NCBI GenBank assembly: GCA_963727485.1
Contig: CAVSGM010000011.1
Location: forward strand, 576,001 to 640,000
Reading direction: 5' to 3'
Source: an uncultured delta proteobacterium
GTDB lineage: Bacteria > Myxococcota > Myxococcia > SLRQ01
DNA: 64,000 nt
Numbering within the stretch: position 1 is the first letter of the stretch; the number at the start of each line of letters is the position of its first letter. The notes below the pieces were generated by a model. That model was not told the origin of the DNA. It searched no databases and saw only the letters and a list, made by a program, of their open reading frames with translations. A program made the position numbers and the translations under genes. This document shows, piece after piece, positions 55,234 to 64,000 of the stretch.

Positions 55234-56712
55234 CTAGGCGTGGGCCTCCTGGGCCGGGGGCTCGGCGGCGGCGTCCCCGGTGTCGCCGTGCCCCTCCCGG
55301 GCGTGGGCGGCGCGGACGGCCTCGAGCTCGCGTTGGCGCCCCTTGAGGCCCAGGGCGAGGACGGCCATGACCCCGGCGACGACCAGGATGACCATGAAGG
55401 CGTGCTGGTAGCCCTCGGTGCCGCCACCCGAGGAGGCGACCACGGCGCCGATGAGGGCGGCGCTGACGACCTGGCCCACGCCGGTGAACACGGTGATGAG
55501 CGCCTGGCCGGCGCCGCGCTCCTCGGCGGGGGCCTCGGCCAGGAGGATGTAGCGCAGCGGCGCCCCGAGGAGGCTGGCCAGCCCGAAGCCGATGAGCACC
55601 TCGGCGACGTAGAAGAGGGCCAGGTGCCCGGCGAAGCGGGCGAGGATCCAGAGGCCGGCGGTGAGGATGACCAGGCCGGTGAGGATCACGGGCTTGGAGC
55701 CGATCTTGTCGAGGAGGCGGCCGACCACCGGCGAGCCGAAGCCCATGGCCACGACCACCGGCAGCAGCATGAACGCCGCGGCGGAGTGGCCCACGCCCAG
55801 GCTGTGGACGGCGAAGCCCGGGAGGAACACCATGCCCGCCTCGCCGAGGCCGGCGCCGGCGGCGAACACGGCGACCAGCGCCACCTGCCGCGAGTTGAGG
55901 AGGCCCGGCCGCAGCACCGGGTCCTTGGCCCGGCGCTCCACCGGGAGGAACGCCACCAGGAACACCACCGCGCCGGCGAGGAGCGGCCAGACCTCGGGGC
56001 GGGCGAGGCTCTGCCACAGGTGGCTGGCGTCGATGGCGCTGACGCCGAGGGTCAGGGCGGTGAGCCCGATGCCGAGGACGATGATGCCGGCGACGTCGAG
56101 GGGCTGCTTCTCCTCGGCGGTGGTGCTCGGCAGCACCCGGGCGCTCATCACCGCGAGGATGGCGGCGACGGGGATGTTGATCACGAAGAGCCAGCGCCAC
56201 CCGAGGAGCAGCAGCACCCCGCCGATGATGGGCCCGATGAGAAAGGCGATGCCGAACACGGCCCCGATGAGCCCGAGCGCCCCGCCGCGCTTCTCGGGCG
56301 GGAAGGTGTCGCCGATGACGGCGCTGGCCACCGGGAAGATGCCGCCGGCGCCGAGGCCCTGCACCCCGCGGCCCACCAGGAGCACGGTGTAGTTCGGCGC
56401 CGCGGCGACGATGGCCGAGCCCACGCCGAAGAGGAGCACGTCGGCGACGTAGACCCAGCGGCGGCCCCAGACGTCGGAGAGCTTCGCCATGATCGGCGTG
56501 CCCACCAGGTTGAGGAGCACGAAGACGGTGAAGATCCACGACGCGGCGCGCTCGCCGATGCCGAAGTACTGGCGCAGCGCCGGCAGCGCTGGGCCGACGA
56601 TGGCGATGTCGAGGGCGCCCATGAGGACGCCGAAGAAGAGCAGGGTGAGCACGCGCTTGGTGGAAGCGGGTGCCTGGGTGTCGGGAGCCTTCGGGGGCTT
56701 GGGCTCGGCCAT
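55234..56712 (-). CDS. MFS drug-efflux transporter (DHA2, EmrB/QacA-like)
   Basis: LDIAIVGPALP, KLSDVWGRR, GRGVQGLG, GPIIGG, WRWLFVINIP. Confidence 0.92.
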   Translation of the reverse strand: MAEPKPPKAPDTQAPASTKRVLTLLFFGVLMGALDIAIVGPALPALRQYFGIGERAASWIFTVFVLLNLVGTPIMAKLSDVWGRRWVYVADVLLFGVGSAIVAAAPNYTVLLVGRGVQGLGAGGIFPVASAVIGDTFPPEKRGGALGLIGAVFGIAFLIGPIIGGVLLLLGWRWLFVINIPVAAILAVMSARVLPSTTAEEKQPLDVAGIIVLGIGLTALTLGVSAIDASHLWQSLARPEVWPLLAGAVVFLVAFLPVERRAKDPVLRPGLLNSRQVALVAVFAAGAGLGEAGMVFLPGFAVHSLGVGHSAAAFMLLPVVVAMGFGSPVVGRLLDKIGSKPVILTGLVILTAGLWILARFAGHLALFYVAEVLIGFGLASLLGAPLRYILLAEAPAEERGAGQALITVFTGVGQVVSAALIGAVVASSGGGTEGYQHAFMVILVVAGVMAVLALGLKGRQRELEAVRAAHAREGHGDTGDAAAEPPAQEAHA

Positions 56713-56753
56713 GATGCGTCTCCGGGTGGGGCCCGATGCTCGGGGCCGCTAAT

Positions 56754-56794
56754 TATCGGGGGCGATACATAGGCCTGGACGCCCCCGGGTGCAA
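56754..56794 (-). promoter_or_regulatory. MFS operon promoter with an overlapping palindromic operator
   Basis: minus strand TTGCAC-17 nt-TATGTA; TATCG-N4-CGATA at 56754-56767. Confidence 0.6.
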
Positions 56795-56845
56795 GGGGGC
56801 ACGCGGTCGCCCGGAGTGGTCGCAGGGTCGGGTGCCGCGGCCGGC

Positions 56846-57299
56846 TCACCCGCCCGCGGGGTGGTTCGCCCGGTAGTTTCGGATGCACTTCTCCTTGACC
56901 AGCCAGATTCTGGTCGCGGCAGCCCTTGGGCAGCTTCGCGTCGGGGAAGTGGTCGAGGTCGGTGCACTCGTAGCCGATGGACTTGCGCATCCGGGGCGCC
57001 GGCTTCCCGTCGACGGAGAAGTCCAGGATCGCCTGGAGCGACAGGCCCTTCGGCCGGGTGATGCACAGCTGGTGCATCTGGTCGGTGACCAGGTCCTTGC
57101 AGCTCGCGCCGCCCTTGGGGGCGGTGGTCCCCGCGGCGAGCTGCTTGCCCAGGCGCACCTTCATCGTCGCCGGGTCGAAGCCCTTGGCGAGGTGGATGGT
57201 GTAGTGGCACGTGATCTTGGGCTTGCCCGCGGTGGCGGGCCGGAGGGCAAGCGCGGTCGTGAGGCTGGTCAGGGCCAGGAGCAAACTCTTGCGGGTCAT
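56846..57299 (-). CDS. small secreted cysteine-rich protein (+1 frameshift at 56908)
   Basis: GGAGG SD, ATGA overlap, signal peptide MTRKSLLLAL..ATA; removing one base gives ...GCRDQIWLVKEKCIRNYRANHPAGG-stop, 150 aa, 6 Cys. Confidence 0.65.
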
Positions 57300-58711
57300 C
57301 GCTGTCCTCCCTTGGGCGGCGATCGGGTAGCGACGAGGCGAGGCCGCGTCGCGGAGCGTCGGCGGGGCTGGGTCCGGTGCCAGAGGCCATCGGGCGCCAC
57401 GGTCCCGTGCTCCAGGCTCCGCCACAGGTCCTCGGCCCAGGGGCGATCTGCCTCCTGGGCGAAGTAGACGGTCACCTCGCAGAGGTTGTCCTCGACGGCC
57501 ATGCGTCCTTCGAGGCGGAAGTGGGCCGGCCGGTCCCGGGTCGCCGCATGGTGCCGCACGGCGGCGCGGCCCAGGTGTCCCGGGCCGACATGCCACACGG
57601 ACTCGGGGGCCATGGGGACCATCGTCACGAGCTCCTCGGCGGTCCGGGGACGGGTGCCCGCGCCGCCGAAGCCCACGGTCACCAGGCGCACGGTCCGGTC
57701 CTGGAACCAGAAGACCATCCCCTCGCCCTTGCCGTCGACGCCGTCGTAGAAGTAGCCGGGCAGGTGCACCTGCCAGCCCCCCGGGAGCGGCATCCGCACC
57801 GGGCCCCGGCGGAAGCCGAGCCCCTCGGGGCGCGGCGGCGCCACGGCGGCCCCGGGGGCGAGGAGACCGGTGAGCTCCTGGAGCTCCGCCTCGGGGAGCG
57901 CGCGGCCAGGGTCCAGGGCCCGGGCCCGGGCGAAGGCGTCGAGGACGATCTGGTAGAGACCCCGCTCGCGGGCGTCGGGCGGGACGTGCCACCCGACCTC
58001 GGTCACCGCCAGGACCCGGCCCACGCCCTCCCAGAACCTCGCGTCCCGGGCCGGCTGCCACCAGGGGAGAAAGCGTGCGGCGAGCTCCAGCCGCTCGTCG
58101 GCGTCGGCCTTGGCGAGCGCCTCCACGAACGCCGGATCCCAGAGGCCGGTGACGCTCGCCACCTTCCCGGGGACCCCCGTCGGGATCGCCGCCAGGGGTG
58201 GCAGACCCACGCACAGGGCCGAGCCCTTCGGGTCCTGGCGCTGCTCCGGGAGCACGTCGTCGCGGAGGTGGCGGGCCAGGGCCGCCAGCCGGGTCGCGTG
58301 CAGGCGCTGGAGCCGGGCCAGGTCGCGGTGCGTCCGGTAGCCGGTGGGGTCGCCTCCGTGGGGCGCCTCGGCCTGCCAGGTGAACCCGAGGTGCTCCGCC
58401 AGGCGATCGAGCCACTCGACGAGGTAGACGTGGTACCCCGGCCCGGCGGCGGAGGTGGCCGCCGAGACCTTGAGCACGTCCCGACCTTCGGGGGTGAAGA
58501 TCACCGGCTCCTCGGCGGGGTGGAGCTGGAGCAGCAGCTCGCCAGGGCTCGCCTGGACCCGGACCAGCCGCGAGAGGTGAGGCTCGCCAGGGCCACGGGC
58601 GAACGCCTCGATCTCCGCGGCGACCTCGGACCAGGGCCGGCGCCGACGTGCCGACCGGCGGCCCCGCAGCTCGATGCGGATGGCGGCGCGGGGCTCGAGC
58701 GCGACGGACAT
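57296..58711 (-). CDS. hypothetical protein, paralog B of a tandem pair
   Basis: GAGGAGGAGG SD; 471 aa; shares LHPAEE, GPGYH, GDPTGY, FLPWW, GFRRG, LPGGW, LPGYF with its neighbour. Confidence 0.8.
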   Translation of the reverse strand: MSVALEPRAAIRIELRGRRSARRRRPWSEVAAEIEAFARGPGEPHLSRLVRVQASPGELLLQLHPAEEPVIFTPEGRDVLKVSAATSAAGPGYHVYLVEWLDRLAEHLGFTWQAEAPHGGDPTGYRTHRDLARLQRLHATRLAALARHLRDDVLPEQRQDPKGSALCVGLPPLAAIPTGVPGKVASVTGLWDPAFVEALAKADADERLELAARFLPWWQPARDARFWEGVGRVLAVTEVGWHVPPDARERGLYQIVLDAFARARALDPGRALPEAELQELTGLLAPGAAVAPPRPEGLGFRRGPVRMPLPGGWQVHLPGYFYDGVDGKGEGMVFWFQDRTVRLVTVGFGGAGTRPRTAEELVTMVPMAPESVWHVGPGHLGRAAVRHHAATRDRPAHFRLEGRMAVEDNLCEVTVYFAQEADRPWAEDLWRSLEHGTVAPDGLWHRTQPRRRSATRPRLVATRSPPKGGQR

Positions 58712-58781
58712 GGCCTCCTCCTCACGAGGATGGGACCACGGGGCCGACTCGTCCGCCAGGTCCTGGATCACATCTGCCGGC

Positions 58782-60084
58782 TCACCCGCTCTCGAAGGCG
58801 ACGCTGCGCCAGACCTCGAGGGCCCAGTCGCGGTCGGCCTCATCGGCGAAGGCGACGGTGAGGAAGAGCCGCGCGTCGTCCGCCGCGTCCTCGGCGACGA
58901 TCCGCCCGTGGAGGACCCACCATGCCTTCCCCTCGTCGTCGGTGTCGCGGAAGACCGAGGCGAAGCCGATGGTGCTCTCGGTGTGGTGCCACTCGGCGTT
59001 CTCGGGCGGGTCGAGCTCGCGGAGGATCGCCTCGAGGGGCCTCTGGTCCGAACCGTCCCGCGGGCTGGCCACGGCGGTGACGCTCACCTGCCGGTCGCCG
59101 AACCAGAAGCGCGCGGTCTCGTCGGGGACCGCGTAGTCCTCGTGGAAGTACCCGGGGAGGCGGACACGCCAGCCGCCGGGGAGCGGCAGGTTCACCTCGC
59201 CCCGGCGGAAGCCGATGCCGGTGGGCGAAGGCGGCGTGTCCTCGGCGGCGTCGGAGAGGAGGCGATGGAGCTCGGAGACCTCGGCCGCCGGCGGGACCCG
59301 CGCGGGGTCGAGCGCCTGGGCGCGCTCGAAGCTGTCGAGGACCAGCCGGTAGAGGTCCCGGTCGGCCTCGGTGGTCGCCGGGCGCCAGGCGACCCGGGTC
59401 CACGCCAAAGACCGCGCCACGCCGTCCCAGAACCCGGCGCCGGTCCCCCGCTCCCACCAGGGGAAGAAGCGCGCGGCGAGGAGCTGGGCGGTGTCCTCGT
59501 CGGCGACGGCCAGGGCGTGGAAGTACGCCTCGTCGAGGTAGCCGAGGCACGCCGCCAGGCCCTGGGGCGCCCGGGCGGGCTGGGGTGCGCTCGAGAGGAG
59601 GCCCAGGGCCCACGCGGGCTCCTCGGCCGGATCGCCCTGGCGCCGCGCGAGGTGCTTCGACGAGCCTCCGCGCCAGCCCCCGGAGCCACACCGCGTGCTC
59701 GGCCTGGAGGGCGTCGAAGCTGCGGTGGTCGAGGTAGCCGGTGGCGTCGCCGGCGTCGGGCCCGTCGCCGATCCAGGTGACGCCCAGCGACCGGCCGAGG
59801 TCCTCGAGCCAGCCCACCAGCCAGGCGTGGAAGCCGGGCCCGGCGACGGCGCTTCCGCCCTGGACCACGAGGGCGCCGGTGGAGTCCGGGTAGAAGACCA
59901 CTGACTCCTCGGCGGGGTGCAGGTCGACGTAGAGGACGCCGTCGGCGGCGTCGCAGCGCACCACCCGGGCCAGGAGCGGATCCCCGGTGTGCATCGTGAA
60001 GGCCTCGATGGCCTCGGAGAGCTCGGTCCAGGTGCGTTGGTTCAGGTCTTCATGCGGTACGTGCAGCTTGAGTCCAAGACCCAT
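58782..60084 (-). CDS. hypothetical protein, paralog A of a tandem pair (+1 frameshift at 59656)
   Basis: ORFs 58840-60084 and 58782-59420 join into 433 aa colinear with paralog B if one T is removed. Confidence 0.78.
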
Positions 60085-60213
60085 GGGTACCTCTAGGGTG
60101 CCGGCGTGCGGTCGCGTCGGCGTCTTGCCCCGCAGAGGGATTGTTTTACCAGGACCGCGGCGTCGCGACTTCGGTCACGCCTTCATGGGGTAGGCTCCCC
60201 TGATACGCCGGGG

Positions 60214-60844
60214 TCAGGCGGCGACCTTTGACCCGGTCTTCTCGCGCACCTCGTCCGCCGTCACCCCGTCGGCGGCCTCGACCAGCCGGAACCCCTCCGG
60301 CGTGCAGTCGAGGACCGCGAGGTCGGTGATCACCCGGTCCACCACGCCCCGCCCGGTGAGCGGGTAGGTGCACTTCTCGAGGAGCTTGTGCTCGCCCTTC
60401 TTGGACACGTGGGTCATCAGGGCGATGACCCGCCGGGCGCCGGTGGCCGAGATCCATGGCCCCGCCGATGCCCATGGTCCGGCCCCCGGGCACCTGCCAG
60501 TTGGCGAGGTCGCCGGCGGCGCTGACCTGCATCGCCCCGAGGACGGCCAGGTCCACGTGCCCGCCGCGGATCATCGCGAACGAGAGCGCCGAGTCGAAGG
60601 TCGACCCGCCGGGGACCACCGTGACCGTCTGCTTCCCGGCGTTGATGAGCTGCGGGTCCGCCTCGTCCTCGAAGGGGAACGGGCCCATGCCCAAGAGCCC
60701 GTTCTCGCTGTGGAACCACACGTCCTGCCCCGGGCCCACCATCCCCGCGACCAGCGTCGGCAGGCCGATGCCCAGGTTCACGACGCTCCCCGGCGCGATC
60801 TCCTTCGCCGCGCGGGCGGCCATCTCTTCCTTGGTCCAGGCCAT
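60214..60844 (-). CDS. 3-oxoacid CoA-transferase subunit B (+1 frameshift at 60447)
   Basis: VNLGIGLP, SENG, INAGKQ, MIRGGHVD, GAMQVS, GGAMDL(ATGARRV), VITDLAV. Confidence 0.92.
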
Positions 60845-60846
60845 GG

Positions 60847-61575
<729 letters not shown>

Positions 61576-61629
61576 GTGCGCCTCCTGAACGATTGCGCGC
61601 GAAGCGAGAAGCGAAGCGAAGAAGAGAGC

Positions 61630-62898
61630 CTAGGCGAGCGCCTCGCCCACCGCCTCGGCGAGCCCCGCGATCCCCGCCTCCAGGTCGGCGGCGGAGATCA
61701 CCAGCGGCGGCGAGACAATCACGTGCCCCATGGACGGGTACACGTGGGCGTGGATGCGCCGGGCGTGGAGCCCGGCGCGGAGCTTCTTCCACTGGGACGC
61801 GTCGGCGGAAAGATCGAAGGCCCCGAGCAGCCCCTTGCCCCTGACCGCCCGGACCCGCTCCGGGTGCCGCTCGGCCAGGCGCGTGAGCCCGCCCATCAGC
61901 GTCGTCTCGAGCGCCGCCGCCCGGGGGATGAGCCCCTCGTCCTCGTAGAGGCGCATCGCCTCCAGCCCCGCGGCGCAGCCCAGCGGGTGCGCGTAGTTCG
62001 TCAGCCCGGCGAGGAGCACCTTGTCGTCGAAGTGCCGCGCCACCTTCTCGTGGACCAGCACCGCCCCCAGCGGCGCGTAGCCGCCGGTGAGCCCCTTCGC
62101 CAGCGTGATGAGGTCCGGCGTCACCCCGAAGTGCTCGATCCCCAGCCACCGCCCGGTGCGCCCGAAGCCCGTGAGCACCTCGTCGGCGATGAGCAGCGCC
62201 CCCTCGCGATCGCAGGCCTCGCGCACCATCGGCCAGTACTCCGGCGGCGGCACCATCACCCCGTTGGCCCCGGGGATGGTCTCCAGGATCACCGCGCCGA
62301 CGTTGCCCTCCAGGCGCATCACCTCGCCGATGTGGGAGGCGCACTCGCGCGAGCACGTGGAGAGCGTCTTCCCGAAGGGGCAGGCGTGGCACCGGCAGTC
62401 CAGCGCGTGGACCACCCCGGGGATCCCCGGCTCCAGGGGCGGCCGGCGCCAGTCGCCGGAGAGCGTGAGCGCCCCCATGGTGGCCCCGTGGTAGCTGCGG
62501 TAGCGGCTCACCAGCTTGTACCGCCCGGTGACCATCCGGGCGATCTTGATGGCGTTCTCCGTGGCCTCCGCCCCGCCGAGGGTGAAGAAGACCTTGGAGA
62601 AGCCCTCGGGGGCCATCGCCAGGAGCCTGGCGGCCAGCTCGGTCTTCGCCGGGTACACCGCCGTGGGCGGCGCCAGGCACAGCTCGGCGGCCTGGCGCTG
62701 GATCGCCGCGACCATCTTGGGGTGCCCGTGGCCCAGGTTCGCCTGGTACGAGAGCGCCCCCAGGTCGAGCCACTTCCCGCCGTCGGCGGTGAAGAACCAA
62801 GCCCCCTCGCCGCCGGTGAGCTCCACCGGCCGGGCGTCCTGCTGGGCCGTCCAGGTGAAGAAGAAGGGGTGGTCCCCGGGCTGGCTCGGCCGGGTCAC
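61630..62898 (-). CDS. class-III PLP aminotransferase (omega-amino acid type)
   Basis: NLGHGHP, GGAEATENA, SYHG, IADEVLTGFGRTG, PDLITLAKGLTGGYAP; GTGA overlap. Confidence 0.92.
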   Translation of the reverse strand: MTRPSQPGDHPFFFTWTAQQDARPVELTGGEGAWFFTADGGKWLDLGALSYQANLGHGHPKMVAAIQRQAAELCLAPPTAVYPAKTELAARLLAMAPEGFSKVFFTLGGAEATENAIKIARMVTGRYKLVSRYRSYHGATMGALTLSGDWRRPPLEPGIPGVVHALDCRCHACPFGKTLSTCSRECASHIGEVMRLEGNVGAVILETIPGANGVMVPPPEYWPMVREACDREGALLIADEVLTGFGRTGRWLGIEHFGVTPDLITLAKGLTGGYAPLGAVLVHEKVARHFDDKVLLAGLTNYAHPLGCAAGLEAMRLYEDEGLIPRAAALETTLMGGLTRLAERHPERVRAVRGKGLLGAFDLSADASQWKKLRAGLHARRIHAHVYPSMGHVIVSPPLVISAADLEAGIAGLAEAVGEALA

Positions 62899-63962
62899 GG
62901 CGAGGCCTCCAGGGAGAAGATCTCCGGCCGGACGTGGTGGATGAGCCCCGCGGCGGCCAGCGCCTCGCCCCGGGAGAGGTCCATCACCATCGCCCCGCAG
63001 GTCGCCGACCGGTGCGGCTCCGTCGCCGTCGCCAGGTACCCGCACACCGCCCCGGGCCACCCCTCGGTGGACCCCAGGCGCCCCCAGAGGTCGTGGGCGT
63101 CGGCCAGCGGCCTCTCCGAGAGGCTCGCGGAGATGGCGTCGTAGCGCGCCTGGGTCGAGCTCACCGGCGCCACCGAGCTCACCGAGGCGACCTCGGGATC
63201 GAGGCAGTGGTCGGTGTGCACGAACCAGTCGGCGCCGCCGTCGTAGACCACCTTGCGCAGCCGCCCGCTGGTCTCGATGCCGAACGCTCCGTCCGCTCCG
63301 GCCACCAGGTAGTGGTGCCCCGAGCCCACCGGCGCCGAGAGGATGTGGTCGCGGGCGCCCTCCGCCGTGCGCGTGAGCAGCGCCCCGCGCACCAGCGCCG
63401 GCCACACCACCCCCACCTTGGCGTCGTTGGACCGCAGGTTGTTGATGGTCACCGCCACCCCGGCGTCGTTGAGGCCGGTCATGCCCAGGCAGCCCACGAG
63501 GCTGAAGAGCCAGGCCCCGGGCTGGTCCCCGGCGGACGGCACCCGGAGCATCATCACGAAGGGGATGGCGCTGGCGTGCATGTCCCAGGTCTGCCCCAGC
63601 ACCGGCCCGCTCGGCGTCCGGGCGAACGCCGCGGTGCACCCGCCGTCGTCCCCGGGCGCCGCCGGGTCGAGGTCCCGCAGGTCCGTGTAGTGGTTGAGCA
63701 CCACGATCTCCGCCGGGGTCCGCCCGCTGCCGTCGGCGATGCCCATCAGCTCGGCGTAGAGGTCGGGGTGGTAGTGCTCCAGCACCGGCAGGTGCCGCGC
63801 GGCGATCCCCAGGACCGTGGCGTCGTCGGGGAACTGGCCGATGGTCCGGGTGAGGTGCACCCGCAGGTCCACCAGGCTGCCGATCTCGTGGCGGAACGCC
63901 TCGCCGTGGATCCGCCCGCGCTCCACGGGCGGCGCGTCGTCGGGGAGCTCGAGGATGCGCAT
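62895..63962 (-). CDS. peptidase C45 family Ntn-hydrolase/acyltransferase
   Basis: ERGRIHGE, ELMGIADG, GG-CT autoprocessing site, GQTWD, GLNDAGV..TINNL, HTDH. Confidence 0.85.
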   Translation of the reverse strand: MRILELPDDAPPVERGRIHGEAFRHEIGSLVDLRVHLTRTIGQFPDDATVLGIAARHLPVLEHYHPDLYAELMGIADGSGRTPAEIVVLNHYTDLRDLDPAAPGDDGGCTAAFARTPSGPVLGQTWDMHASAIPFVMMLRVPSAGDQPGAWLFSLVGCLGMTGLNDAGVAVTINNLRSNDAKVGVVWPALVRGALLTRTAEGARDHILSAPVGSGHHYLVAGADGAFGIETSGRLRKVVYDGGADWFVHTDHCLDPEVASVSSVAPVSSTQARYDAISASLSERPLADAHDLWGRLGSTEGWPGAVCGYLATATEPHRSATCGAMVMDLSRGEALAAAGLIHHVRPEIFSLEASP

Positions 63963-64000
63963 CAGAGGACCTCCTCCAGGGCGTCGTGGAGCCGGGTGGC
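63962..64000 (-). CDS. 3' end of an upstream gene (partial)
   Basis: reads ATRLHDALEEVL-TGA with a TGATG overlap, and supplies the GGAGG SD for the C45 gene. Confidence 0.55.
   Translation of the reverse strand, partial: ATRLHDALEEVL

Overview
High-GC bacterial chromosome segment. The MYXO-CTERM-like tail and the style of the ribosomal proteins and RNAP suggest Myxococcota/Deltaproteobacteria. The core (7.2-39.8 kb) is one contiguous translation/transcription super-cluster: 4 tRNAs-tuf-rpmG-tRNA-Trp-secE-nusG-rplKAJL-rpoBC-rpsLG-fusA-tuf, then the S10, spc and alpha operons. rplC is cleanly absent from the S10 operon, and map and infA are absent after adk. The left flank has PIN-PhoH, a large Ig-repeat surface protein, a lipid kinase, a stand-alone DsbD-N-like protein and rlmB. 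The right flank has a kinase-FecR-kinase-receiver operon, XdhC/MsrC/TPR, a deoxynucleoside kinase, REC-HD-GYP, a CoaBC with an apparently dead decarboxylase domain, UDG, an antiporter, an MFS-PadR unit with a candidate operator, a tandem pair of unknown paralogs coupled to a small Cys-rich secreted protein, and a C45 hydrolase-aminotransferase-CoA transferase operon. Seven single-base frameshifts, including in rpoB, tuf and rpmC, look like sequencing errors, and several fall in or next to GATC or GTGCTC. Five genes appear to be leaderless. I saw no CRISPR array, rRNA or mobile element. All calls come from motif recognition by eye; no searches were run.
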